DNA of 55,230 nucleotides from a virus: IMG/VR virus record IMGVR_UViG_3300031555_001876; one strand, 5' to 3'. Shown piece by piece: positions 11,157 to 20,075 of this stretch (position 1 is its first letter; each line of letters starts with the position of its first letter). The notes under the pieces were generated by a model. It saw only the letters and a program-made list of their open reading frames with translations, ran no database searches and was not told where the DNA came from. The position numbers and the translations under genes were made by a program.

Positions 11157-11396
11157 ATGTATACTATCACCGACACAATGGCAAGACACATCGAATACAT
11201 CAAGCAGAGCGCAAAGAACTGCGCACTCTATCTGCGCAAGGACGCTATGGATATTCTGCTCGACAAGGCTTTTCACGCTTACCTTTTTGTATGCTGTGCA
11301 AACAACAAGTCTGTTGACTTCACACCTGCTGAATTTATCCAGGAGTGCAAGGCAAATGAAAACTTCTTCAATTACTATCTGGCTTACGCTGAATAA
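11157..11396 (+). CDS. Hypothetical protein of 79 aa.
   Basis: Promoter ttgacaaatccag...ataataaa, ribosome binding site AAAGGAGAG, ATG at 11157 and a terminator hairpin at 11397-11425. Confidence 0.5.
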   Translation: MYTITDTMARHIEYIKQSAKNCALYLRKDAMDILLDKAFHAYLFVCCANNKSVDFTPAEFIQECKANENFFNYYLAYAE

Positions 11397-11763
11397 GAGA
11401 GTGTGAAAAACACTCTCTTTTCTTTTGTCAGCGTGATCGGCCACCACAGCCCATACTTCACCCAATTAAAGTGCTAAACAAATAAAGAGAAGAAAAATAT
11501 GCGGAAAAATAGTTAAAAAAATTTCCTGAAACCCCTTGACAACAAGACCATCTTGTGATATACTTAATACATCCAATAGAGAAAGGAACACGAACTATGA
11601 AGAAACTAATTCTCGATATCATTACTATTATTGCGCGATCTGCTTGACTTGGGTTGCGTGGTCTTTCGTGGACATTGTCAGCGATAACTGCGACCCCAAT
11701 CCACAACACGCAAACATCAATGCTTTTGTGCTACTGGTTGATTAAGAAAGAGAGGTAAAAAAA

Positions 11764-12198
11764 ATGAAAGAAATGCTTTTCATCCTTGGTTGTGTATTTG
11801 TTACGGTCTTGTTCTTCGCTGCAATCATTTTCTTCACTGATAGGATTACTGGATGGTACTATGATAATCGGAATAAGAAGCGTGAAAAAGAACATCCTGA
11901 ATTGTACAAGTTGTTTGATGCGGTCAATGAAAAATGCAGAGATTGTTGCCGTTGGTATAATGAACAGATTGCACCCAAGAAAAGAGAGATTGACAACATT
12001 CTCAAAGATTGGAATTATTACACTAATGAAAGAAGAGCGCAAAAAGAAGCAGAATTGAAGAAATTGCGCGCAGACCTTCAAATCGCTGAAACAATCGACA
12101 AAACTTTGGAAAGTGAACTTGTTGAACTGCGGGAGCAAACAAAGGACTATGTAAAAGAACATAATGTTGAATGGGCAAAGAAAATGGGCTGGACTTGA
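11764..12198 (+). CDS. Membrane-anchored coiled-coil protein.
   Basis: N-terminal transmembrane helix (LFILGCVFVTVLFFAAIIFF) followed by charged heptad-like sequence. Ribosome binding site GAGAGG, TGA stop, and a terminator at 12199-12215. Confidence 0.55.
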   Translation: MKEMLFILGCVFVTVLFFAAIIFFTDRITGWYYDNRNKKREKEHPELYKLFDAVNEKCRDCCRWYNEQIAPKKREIDNILKDWNYYTNERRAQKEAELKKLRADLQIAETIDKTLESELVELREQTKDYVKEHNVEWAKKMGWT

Positions 12199-12355
12199 CA
12201 GCCCATTTTTTTCGTAGTCGGTCACTGACCCCGGAACTTCAGCGAACTAAAGTGCTAAAGAAAAATAATTGCAAAATATTGAAAAATAGTTGTTGACAAA
12301 TGCTTCCTAATAGTGTATACTATAGACAGATAGAAAAGCAAAGGAGATAATAAAA

Positions 12356-12553
12356 ATGATGGATTACAGACACAGCGCATACAATATCTACACCGGCGAG
12401 ATTATCAACTGCGAGAAGCCCAACTACTTGAAGCGACAGGTTGCCTACACCGGCAAGGTCAACAAGGACTATTTCAATACCAATAAAGGTGGTTGGAGAT
12501 GGTCACACGACTTCGGCAAGAAGTGGGAAAGCGAAGGTTTTCCGACTAAGTGA
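12356..12553 (+). CDS. Hypothetical protein of 65 aa.
   Basis: Promoter ttgacaaatgcttcctaatagtgtatactat, ribosome binding site AAAGGAGAT, and a terminator at 12554-12583. Confidence 0.5.
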   Translation: MMDYRHSAYNIYTGEIINCEKPNYLKRQVAYTGKVNKDYFNTNKGGWRWSHDFGKKWESEGFPTK

Positions 12554-12583
12554 AAAAGGGGATAAAAAAAATCCCCTTTTTTC
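12554..12583 (+). terminator. Rho-independent terminator.
   Basis: Hairpin aaaaggggat-aaaaaaa-atcccctttttt. Confidence 0.65.
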
Positions 12584-12654
12584 TAAAAAAGGTATTGACA
12601 AATCAATCAATTGGGTGTATAATAAAGACAGATAAAAGAAAGGGGAACACCAAA

Positions 12655-12810
12655 ATGAAAAACAACTACTTCGACACTCTCAACTGGAACTACATCGAAA
12701 CCTGCGCCGAAGCAGGCATTTCCGTAGACTGCTACATCGATGATAGCCGCACTTGGATGAAGCAGATCTGGAATGATGGATTTGTAGAAATCCACGAAAT
12801 TGGGGCTTGA
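12655..12810 (+). CDS. Small protein of 51 aa.
   Basis: Promoter ggtattgacaaatcaatcaattgggtgtataat, ribosome binding site AAAGGGGAA, ATG at 12655 and TGA stop. Confidence 0.45.
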   Translation: MKNNYFDTLNWNYIETCAEAGISVDCYIDDSRTWMKQIWNDGFVEIHEIGA

Positions 12811-12859
12811 CAAAAGCCCCAAGGTATGATATACTTAATACAACAAATAAAGAAAGGAA

Positions 12860-13165
12860 ATGAAAATAATGAAAACTAATAACACTATCAACTTTACCGA
12901 AATTTGTAAACTGGATGATATGCTTTGTTTGGCTGATCTGCCCCACACTTTCTCCCACCTGCACGATGGCTATCAGATTAAGTTCTATGCCGACGGGATG
13001 AAAACTATTTATCTTGATGATGTAGTCATTCATTCTAGCTCCCACGGTCACGAAAAAGGATTACTTGAAACCTACAATTTGAATGCTTGCTCTGGTTATG
13101 AAACCGCTGAACAGGTTTTCAAAAGTTGGGTCAGATGGTATAAGAAAGCAAATAAAAAGGGTTGA
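12860..13165 (+). CDS. Hypothetical protein of about 100 aa.
   Basis: Ribosome binding site AAAGGAAATG. The alternative ATG at 12869 is spaced better from the ribosome binding site. Confidence 0.45.
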   Translation: MKIMKTNNTINFTEICKLDDMLCLADLPHTFSHLHDGYQIKFYADGMKTIYLDDVVIHSSSHGHEKGLLETYNLNACSGYETAEQVFKSWVRWYKKANKKG

Positions 13166-13224
13166 CAACTTCAACCCTTTATGCTATAATAAAACCATCC
13201 AATAGAGAAAGGAAATAAATAAAA

Positions 13225-13440
13225 ATGGAAAAAATGGTAATGACTGAAACCCTCGCTAATACACTGATGGATGCGCTTGCCTGCGTTGCGCTTTCTGCTA
13301 CTGGCGGAGTTGATCCCGACAACATCAATGATGAACAAGTAGAGTATGCTCAAGAATACGCAAGAAAGACTTTCTGCGAACTGCTCGACGCTTGGGAAGA
13401 ATCGACTGGCAAAGAATGGGACATTGAAGTAGAAAATTAA
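13225..13440 (+). CDS. Small acidic protein of 71 aa.
   Basis: Promoter ggttgacaacttcaaccctttatgctataat, ribosome binding site AAAGGAAAT, and a terminator gcgaggggaaaccctcgcttctttttt at 13441-13467. Confidence 0.5.
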   Translation: MEKMVMTETLANTLMDALACVALSATGGVDPDNINDEQVEYAQEYARKTFCELLDAWEESTGKEWDIEVEN

Positions 13441-13525
13441 GCGAGGGGAAACCCTCGCTTCTTTTTTTCTAAATTAAAAAATTACCTATTGACAAATTTA
13501 TAAAAATATGATATAATATATATAT

Positions 13526-13640
13526 AAAAAATAAAAAATTTATTTTACTTTAGCGATTTAATTGACTAAAGTAAAAATAAAAAATTTATTTTGAAATTTT
13601 ATTTACTTTAGCGATTTAATTGACTAAAGTGCGGCGGCTC
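13526..13640. repeat. Two copies of a palindromic unit TTTACTTTAGCGATTTAATTGACTAAAGT, each preceded by AAAATAAAAAATTTATTTT.
   Basis: Near-identical units of about 45 nt at 13533-13578 and 13578-13630. Each unit contains the inverted repeat actttag...ctaaagt. Confidence 0.55.
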
Positions 13641-13861
13641 GCTACCGGGCGCCCTTTCCCTGCAGCGAGCCGAGTTTCACAAAGCAGGGCATTCACACTT
13701 TAAATCGTTGAAGTAGGCACTTTCACACATTAAAGCGCTAATTCCCAAAACTCCCCCAAATTTTTGTGCATTTTGACGAAAACTATTTTTTCAAAATCGG
13801 TTGACAAATCCGCATTTATCGAGTAAAATAAGGTATAACCTAAATCAAGGAGGTCACTACA

Positions 13862-14047
13862 ATGACTACTCTGTTAACTGCTGATTTTGATACCTACACT
13901 GCTATTGAAGGTTATGTATTCGATCTTCTGGCAGACGAAGAAACTGAAGTTGTTCTCTCTGAAATTCAGACTTTTGCTGCTGACCTCGGTGTAGCCTTTA
14001 CTGAATGGGATTTGACTTCCTTGATGATGGATTTTGAAGAAATTTAA
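13862..14047 (+). CDS. Small acidic protein of 61 aa.
   Basis: Promoter cggttgacaaatccgcatttatcgagtaaaat, ribosome binding site AAGGAGG, ATG at 13862. Confidence 0.5.
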   Translation: MTTLLTADFDTYTAIEGYVFDLLADEETEVVLSEIQTFAADLGVAFTEWDLTSLMMDFEEI

Positions 14048-14064
14048 TTTTGGGGGTAATAATT

Positions 14065-14256
14065 ATGTATAAGTACTATTTCCACATTATTGATAACGAA
14101 TTCAATTCTGAATACGACTATGAGGGTTATTTTGATAACCACGAAGAAGTCGAACCTTTCATTCAAGATAATGAAAAGGTTGGTAATATTATTACCATTA
14201 TTTCTCCCTATTATGAATATGTAGACAAGGCAGATTGCCCGTCTTGTTATCTTTAA
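14065..14256 (+). CDS. Small acidic Tyr-rich protein.
   Basis: ATG 14065 follows GGGGGTAAT and the gene ends in TAA. Confidence 0.4.
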   Translation: MYKYYFHIIDNEFNSEYDYEGYFDNHEEVEPFIQDNEKVGNIITIISPYYEYVDKADCPSCYL

Positions 14257-14379
14257 TTTCTCTTTTCGTCAAAATGCACAAAAATTTTATTTGTGCATTT
14301 TGACGAAAATTGGGCCGGCCGGAGACGAACGCGCAGAGGTAGTTGTAGGCCGAACTTTCACACGCTAAAGCGTTAGCGA

Positions 14380-14780
14380 ATTAAAGCGTGAAAGCGGCAC
14401 TTCATCGATGTAAAGCGCTAAATCCCGAAAGCGCACTTCATTTGACTAAATCGCTAAAGTGATTGTTTATTTAACTTTTCACTTTTCTTTATTTGACTAA
14501 AGCGCTAAATCGGTAAAGTGATTGTTTGTTTAACTTTTCACTTTTATTCATTTGACTAAAGCGCTAAAGTCCGAAAGTGCCCAAGGGCCCCGGAACTTTC
14601 ACGAATTAAAGTGCTACAGAATTAAATCGCTAAAGTGGCACTTCATTACGCTAAAGCGCTAATTCCCTAAAGTTTTGTGCATTTTGACGAATTTATTTGA
14701 CTAAATCGCTAAATTTGTGCAATTTGACGAATTCATTTGACTAAAGTATTAAATTCGTCAAATTGCACAAACTTTTCAAA
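14380..14780. repeat. Dense cluster of direct and inverted repeats built from CATTTGACTAAAGCGCTAAA and TGTGCA(A/T)TTTGACGAA units.
   Basis: catttgactaaa(t/g)cgctaaag occurs at least 5 times. The pair gtgattgttt(a/g)tttaacttttcactttt occurs twice. Inverted copies of ttgtgcaatttgacgaatt lie around 14690-14770. The region ends in the promoter for the gene at 14846. Confidence 0.55.
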
Positions 14781-14845
14781 ATCGCTTGCAATTCGTAAAA
14801 TATGTAGTATAATAGTACCATAAGATAAAGAAAGGAATTGATACT

Positions 14846-15322
14846 ATGAAGAACTTGCCGAAGATGATTTGTTTCGATATGGATGGAACGATTGCCGACC
14901 TGTACTCTGTCAGTGGATGGCTTGAGGACTTGAGAGCGGAAAACCCTAGACCCTACCTTGAAGCCACCCCAATGTGCGATATGTGCGCACTGCGTGAAGT
15001 GTTGGAGCAGTTCCGCCAGATGGGAACAGAAATTCGTATCATCACTTGGCTGTCTATGAACAGCACCGAAGAATACAAGGAAGCAGTACGAACCGCAAAG
15101 TTGGCTTGGCTTAACAAGTGGAATTTCCTGTTTGACAATTTCCACGGCGTGCAGTATGGAGCAACAAAGGCAGACAGTATTCGCAAGTATTTGTCCGATG
15201 GTGAAACTGCTATTTTGATTGACGATAACGCAAAGGTAAGAAGCGGTTGGCATATGGGCGAAGCAGTAAACCCGATCGAAACTGATATCGTTGCTTTCCT
15301 GCGTGGACTTTTGGAAGATTAA
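14846..15322 (+). CDS. HAD-superfamily phosphatase, 5'(3')-deoxyribonucleotidase-like (NT5C family).
   Basis: DxDGT motif I (ICFDMDGTIAD) and a C-terminal ILIDDN motif. Length about 158 aa. Ribosome binding site AAAGGAAT. A terminator ggaagattaaaaaaaatcttcc lies at 15301-15330. Confidence 0.6.
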   Translation: MKNLPKMICFDMDGTIADLYSVSGWLEDLRAENPRPYLEATPMCDMCALREVLEQFRQMGTEIRIITWLSMNSTEEYKEAVRTAKLAWLNKWNFLFDNFHGVQYGATKADSIRKYLSDGETAILIDDNAKVRSGWHMGEAVNPIETDIVAFLRGLLED

Positions 15323-15442
15323 AAAAAATCTTCCAAAATTCCGTTGAAGTGGTTGACAAGCGGCGGATTATGTGATATCATATAAGAGCAATCAAGAGCG
15401 ATGGCAAACTTGATTGACATTATAAAAAGGATCTGATAATTT

Positions 15443-16195
15443 ATGAACATTGACCGCAGAAAGCACTATCTTTTGTGCGTGGACACCGAAGCTGCAAATT
15501 GCATCCAAGAGGGATGGAAAATTAGCAAGAACTCGCTTCCATATGACATTGGTTTTGCAGTGATGGATACACACGGGATGATTTATGACAAGTTTTCCTA
15601 TGTCAATTCTGATGTGTTCTATGGTATGCCCGAACTGATGGAAAGCGCATACTATGCGAAGAAGTTGCCCCGATACCGTGAAGAAATCGCTTGCGGTTTG
15701 CGGACTGTGGCTGATACTTGGACAATTCGCAGAAAGATGCTTGAAGTCTGCGAAACATACGGAATTAAAGAGGTCGTAGCGCATAACGCAAGTTTTGACT
15801 ATGACACACTAAATAACATTGTTCGATATCTGACTGGTTCTAAAGTTCGGTATTGGTTTCCGTTTGGGACTGTCGAATGGTGGGACAGTATGAAAATGGC
15901 ACAATCGGTTATTTGTAAAATGCCGATGTACAAAGAACACTGCAAAGATGTACTCGGACTGAGCAGAGCAAGCGCAAAAGCGGAAAATCTTTACAGATGG
16001 ATTATTCAAAATCCCGATTTCACAGAAGCGCATACAGGACTTGAGGATGTTCTCATTGAAAGTCAAATCGTTGCATACTGTTACAGACAGCACAAGACAA
16101 TGAACAAGCGACTTTTTGCGAATGATTTTCCCGAAGCAACGGACTTCCAAATTGCGCTGATGCGCTCCATCAAAGACCACCCGATGCTTTACTGA
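15443..16195 (+). CDS. DEDDh-family 3'-5' exonuclease (DnaQ / RNase T-like).
   Basis: Exo I motif LLCVDTEAAN, Exo II motif VAHNASFDYDTL and Exo III motif AHTGLEDVLIE. Confidence 0.7.
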   Translation: MNIDRRKHYLLCVDTEAANCIQEGWKISKNSLPYDIGFAVMDTHGMIYDKFSYVNSDVFYGMPELMESAYYAKKLPRYREEIACGLRTVADTWTIRRKMLEVCETYGIKEVVAHNASFDYDTLNNIVRYLTGSKVRYWFPFGTVEWWDSMKMAQSVICKMPMYKEHCKDVLGLSRASAKAENLYRWIIQNPDFTEAHTGLEDVLIESQIVAYCYRQHKTMNKRLFANDFPEATDFQIALMRSIKDHPMLY

Positions 16196-16349
16196 TCGAA
16201 ATATGGGGAGAAAAAAATCTCCCCCAATTTCAAAAATATTTCTTGACTTTTGAAAGTCTATCGCTTATAATAGTTAGTGTAAGGGATAACCCCTCACAAA
16301 ATAAATCAAAGACAGGTTCAAGTCTTAAAAACCGAAAGGAATTGATACT

Positions 16350-16769
16350 ATGAAAAAGTTCACTAAGAGAGAAAGCCTGACTGCCATTTCCAATGTCCTG
16401 AATGAACTGCTTGTCGCAGAGGGCAACACGGTTCTCGCCAATGTCAAGGACAAGGAATACACCGTACAGGATGCATTGGAATTTTGTTCCAACGAAATCA
16501 GCCTGTTGGACAAGAAGAACGGCACGGTAAAGAAGCCGACCGACAAGCAGATGCAGAACGAAAACTACAAGGAAGCAATTCTGCGTTATCTGCGAGAGGT
16601 TGCCCCGGAACACAAGGCAATCGCCGAAATTTGGGATAGCGTGGAAATGCTCGCAAGTAATCCCGATATGACCGGTCAGAGAATTTCCGCTCTGATTACA
16701 CAGTTGAAGAACGAGAACAAGATTGTTCGAGTTGAGGAAAAGCGGAAAGCCTATTTCAAGGCAGTATAA
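16350..16769 (+). CDS. Hypothetical protein. It is a paralogue of the gene at 18139..18549.
   Basis: Ribosome binding site AAAGGAATTGATACTATG. The C-terminal 90 aa are about 80 percent identical to the 18139 product (KKPT(D/E)KQ(M/T)QNE...ISALITQLKN). Confidence 0.55.
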   Translation: MKKFTKRESLTAISNVLNELLVAEGNTVLANVKDKEYTVQDALEFCSNEISLLDKKNGTVKKPTDKQMQNENYKEAILRYLREVAPEHKAIAEIWDSVEMLASNPDMTGQRISALITQLKNENKIVRVEEKRKAYFKAV

Positions 16770-16872
16770 TTTGAAGCGGTGGGGATTGAAAAAATCCCCA
16801 CCGACCCCTTGACAGCAACGGAAATATTTGCTATAATTAAGGGGCAAGATAACTAAAGGAGATGAAAACCGA

Positions 16873-17232
16873 ATGACAAACGAACAGAAAAAGCGTTTGG
16901 AGTTTACAATGAAAACTCTGAATATGACCGAAGCCGAAGTGCTTGCAATGTGGGAAGAGGACAAAGCAATCGACAAGGGCGAAAAACTTTATGAACTTGA
17001 CCCCGAACTGGAAGCAGGAGCGAAAAAGGCTCGGCAGGCTGATCGCAAGAAGAACAGCGAACCTACCAAGAGAGAGCGCAAAGAGGACACCGACAAAACG
17101 GAAATCCTAAATGCTCTAATGGATAGCGTAAGTTCCAAAGCGGAGAAAATCGAAAAGACCAAAAGCGGCGAATTTGAATTTGTTTTCAATGGTCGCAAAT
17201 TCAAGGTCGTACTTTCTGCCCCTCGCAAGTGA
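16873..17232 (+). CDS. Hypothetical charged protein of 119 aa.
   Basis: Promoter ccttgacagcaacggaaatatttgctataat and ribosome binding site AAAGGAGATG. Confidence 0.5.
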   Translation: MTNEQKKRLEFTMKTLNMTEAEVLAMWEEDKAIDKGEKLYELDPELEAGAKKARQADRKKNSEPTKRERKEDTDKTEILNALMDSVSSKAEKIEKTKSGEFEFVFNGRKFKVVLSAPRK

Positions 17233-17261
17233 GGGGCAGAAAAGAAAGTGAGGTAAAAAAA

Positions 17262-17447
17262 ATGACAAGGGAAATGCTAGAAATTGAATACCAGACTGCT
17301 TGGGAAACAATGCAGGAAGCAGAGCGAAATTATAAAATGGCTCGCGCAAACTTTCACGATGTTGCAGGATTGCTAATGGAAAAGTTGATGCTTGAAAATG
17401 TGGATGTGCTTGCGCGATTGCGCGAAGCAGACACCCCTACGATTTAA
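17262..17447 (+). CDS. Small protein of about 61 aa.
   Basis: Ribosome binding site AAGTGAGG, ATG at 17262, and a terminator hairpin gtgcgcggctggcgcacac at 17456-17476. Confidence 0.4.
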   Translation: MTREMLEIEYQTAWETMQEAERNYKMARANFHDVAGLLMEKLMLENVDVLARLREADTPTI

Positions 17448-17479
17448 CCAATTAAAGTGTGCGCGGCTGGCGCACACTT

Positions 17480-17560
17480 TATTTTATTAAAGTTATCGAT
17501 ATACTTTTATCGATATATTTCATTTTTATCGATATATTTTTATCGATAACTTTAACGCTT
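17480..17560. promoter_or_regulatory. Array of four palindromic TTATCGATA(T/A) sites spaced 12-16 bp apart. Candidate operator array.
   Basis: ttatcgatatac, ttatcgatatat (twice) and ttatcgataact between 17497 and 17553. Confidence 0.45.
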
Positions 17561-17614
17561 TAGTCAAATGAAGCGCCGGGCGCTGACGTACGATGCTCCC
17601 ACGTCAGCGCCGGA

Positions 17615-17770
17615 ATTTCCATTATACCACACCGCCAGCATTTTGTCAAGCAAAAAGTTGCACAAAAATAAATAAATTATTTATCCCGAAATTGTGCAAC
17701 TTTTTCTGCAAAAGTTACAAATTGTAATTGACTTCCTATGAGGTCGGTGTTATAATGTTAGTGTCAAGGG
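17615..17770 (+). repeat. Element of about 150 bp made of a long hairpin (AAGTTGCACAA...TTGTGCAACTT) followed by a TTGACT-N17-TATAAT promoter. A second copy lies at 19130..19285.
   Basis: About 90 percent identity between 17615-17770 and 19130-19285. Both end in ...ttgtaattgacttc(c)tatg...tgtataatgtta. Confidence 0.55.
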
Positions 17771-18138
17771 GAGATACCTCTGAGCCACATCTATGGTGTG
17801 GGGCTACGGTTGGAAGTAGCAATAGACCTTGGTGCTCATAAAATTGCAATAGATGAGTTGCATAGGAACGCACGAGGATGTGAAAAAATTTTCACAGAAA
17901 CCCCTTGACAAACTCCACCAAGTGTGGTACAATAAAGGTGTCAAGGGGAATGAGAGACTATCGTCCCCAGTTACAAGGGAGACCACAGGGGATTACATCG
18001 GCCGAGTAAGTGGTGTTGCTTGAAAAGAAATTTGAGAAAATTTCTGAAAACCCCTTGACAAATCACCAAGTCTATGATATAATATCAATGTAATCAAGGG
18101 AAGGAAAACCCTTAAAAAACCAGAAAGGAATTGATACT

Positions 18139-18549
18139 ATGGCTAACAAGATGGTAAAGAGAGATTATTTCACTGCTCTGCGTGGCTTCATCGAAGCCCA
18201 TCCCGAAGTGCATTTCGGCACTGATAAGCATCCCGACATCCCTATCGGTGATATGCTTGCGTTCGTGGATAACGAACTGACCCTGCTTGCTTCCAAGTCT
18301 GGGGCAATCAAGAAGCCCACTGAAAAGCAGACTCAGAATGAGGTTTACAAGACCGCTATTCTGCAGTATCTGCGCGAAGTGGCTCCCGAGCATAAGTCCA
18401 TCGCTGAAATTTGGGATGGCGTGGAAGCCCTTTCCACTAACCCCGATATGACGGGTCAGAGAATTTCCGCTCTGATTACGCAGTTGAAGAATGACAATCT
18501 GATTGTCAGAATCGAAGAGAAGCGCAAGGCTTACTTTAAGGCTGCGTAA
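18139..18549 (+). CDS. Hypothetical protein. It is a paralogue of the gene at 16350..16769.
   Basis: Same ribosome binding site context (aaaggaattgatactatg). Three tandem promoters lie upstream at 17730, 17905 and 18050. Confidence 0.55.
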   Translation: MANKMVKRDYFTALRGFIEAHPEVHFGTDKHPDIPIGDMLAFVDNELTLLASKSGAIKKPTEKQTQNEVYKTAILQYLREVAPEHKSIAEIWDGVEALSTNPDMTGQRISALITQLKNDNLIVRIEEKRKAYFKAA

Positions 18550-18619
18550 ATGGGCTAACGCCCATTCGGAAATCGGGGGGCTAAGCCCCCCGAAACTTTA
18601 ATCAATGAAAGGACAAGAA

Positions 18620-19021
18620 ATGTTAACAACTGAAAAAATTAAAGCCATGGACAAAAAGGCTCAAGAAAAAGGCAAGGAATTTTTTTATTGGGGCTTTTAC
18701 ATTGATTATCTCGGCAATATTATTTGGAAGCCCGGCACAGCTGCAATTCTGTGGAGACGCAAGAAACAACATGACCGAGATTATTTGAAACCCACGTGTA
18801 ACCACCGCATGATGGACGGCACAGAATTCCATTATTTGTGGGCTATTCCTTTGGCAAAATGGACAACCCGCAAAGTCGAAGAATCTACAATCAACAGACT
18901 GAAAGCCGAAAATTTTGGCGAATACATTCTGAATGACCGTTTTGTTGATGTAAATCACGCTGAAAGCGTTGATATTATCGTCCGCAAAACCTATACAATT
19001 CCCCTTTGTTGTGCAATTTGA
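18620..19021 (+). CDS. Hypothetical protein of about 133 aa.
   Basis: Ribosome binding site AAAGGACAAG and ATG at 18620. A terminator gccccgtagaaaatggggcg lies at 19028-19050. Confidence 0.45.
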   Translation: MLTTEKIKAMDKKAQEKGKEFFYWGFYIDYLGNIIWKPGTAAILWRRKKQHDRDYLKPTCNHRMMDGTEFHYLWAIPLAKWTTRKVEESTINRLKAENFGEYILNDRFVDVNHAESVDIIVRKTYTIPLCCAI

Positions 19022-19129
19022 CGAATCCGCCCCGTAGAAAATGGGGCGGATTTTTTGTGCATTTTGCCTATTGACAAATCCAAGCAGATGTGGTATAATG
19101 GCCGGCCCTCCACGTGCGCTCGGGCCGGT

Positions 19130-19285
19130 TTTTCCATTATACCACGCCTCCCGCATTTTTGTCAAGCGTTTTTATAAAAAAAGTTGCACAAAATAAAATC
19201 CCGAATTTGTGCAACTTTTTCTTGAAAAGTTACAATTTGTAATTGACTTCTATGGCTTCTGGATGTATAATGTTAATGTAATCAA
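19130..19285 (+). repeat. Second copy of the hairpin plus promoter element described at 17615..17770.
   Basis: See 17615..17770. Confidence 0.55.
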
Positions 19286-19307
19286 AAGAGAGTTCTAGAG
19301 GATACCA

Positions 19308-19565
19308 ATGAAAATAATGTCGTTTTGGGTTGAAAGGGTGGTAAAAATGAAAGAAAAGTTGATCAGACTGTGGGAACGCAAAGAGCGCTACATCATCAAT
19401 GAATTTTTATTGGAAAACCGCAAAATACTCTTTTCTCAGGCTTTTGGTGCTTTGGAGTTCGCTATGGAAATGCTTGATAACTGGGATGAAGAGTCCAAAC
19501 TTATCGATCTGTGGGAAAATGAATGGAAAGCAAGACTGGAGGATAAAATCTATGAAGTGCGTTGA
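19308..19565 (+). CDS. Hypothetical protein. The alternative start at 19347 is equally plausible.
   Basis: ATG 19308 follows GAGGAT, and ATG 19347 follows GGGTGG. Confidence 0.4.
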   Translation: MKIMSFWVERVVKMKEKLIRLWERKERYIINEFLLENRKILFSQAFGALEFAMEMLDNWDEESKLIDLWENEWKARLEDKIYEVR

Positions 19566-19677
19566 TTGTGTAATGAGTTGGATAGACCCCGGCGAAGAAT
19601 ACCCCACTTGTCACGCAGACCCTAACTGGCCTGCACCTTGTGAATATGACGATTATGAAGAAGAGAGGGAATATTAA
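19552..19677 (+). CDS. Small Cys-rich acidic peptide of 41 aa.
   Basis: The start overlaps the previous stop in an ATGA arrangement. The sequence contains CVDC...C...C. Confidence 0.35.
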   Translation: MKCVDCVMSWIDPGEEYPTCHADPNWPAPCEYDDYEEEREY

Positions 19678-19678
19678 G

Positions 19679-19837
19679 ATGGAAATTAAATGTCCTTATT
19701 GCGGAAGTAAAGAGTACGAATGTTATGATAGAGTCGGTGATGGAACAATGCAGCCTGAAGACTTATGCGTTTGTGAGGCGTGTGATAAAGAATTTTCCAT
19801 AGTCTATGCGGTTGACTATATCAAGAAAGAGAGTTGA
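19679..19837 (+). CDS. Zinc-ribbon protein of 52 aa (CPYCG...CVCEAC).
   Basis: ATG 19679 and two CxxC pairs. A terminator gagagttgaaaaaactctctttttttt follows. Confidence 0.45.
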   Translation: MEIKCPYCGSKEYECYDRVGDGTMQPEDLCVCEACDKEFSIVYAVDYIKKES

Positions 19838-20075
19838 AAAAACTCTCTTTTTTTTATGCAAATTGACTATTGACAAATTGCGGCGACCTGTGGTATAATA
19901 AAGAGATAGGGCTTGCCTTCGGCGGGTCGGCCGCGGCAGCAAGGACCCGAATTCCCGATCGGGTAACCATATGCAAATTTTTCTGTGCATCAAGCGATAT
20001 ATGCCTTTATTCCCGTGCATCCCGAAACCTTAATCTACTTAATGGGCGTTTTACGCCCATTAAAGAAATCCACAC

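Noticed and set aside
13526-14780. Possible CRISPR array suggested by the many short direct repeats.
   Set aside because: The repeats are irregularly spaced and partly inverted or palindromic. There are no uniform unique spacers and no cas genes. They are better explained as iterons or operator arrays.
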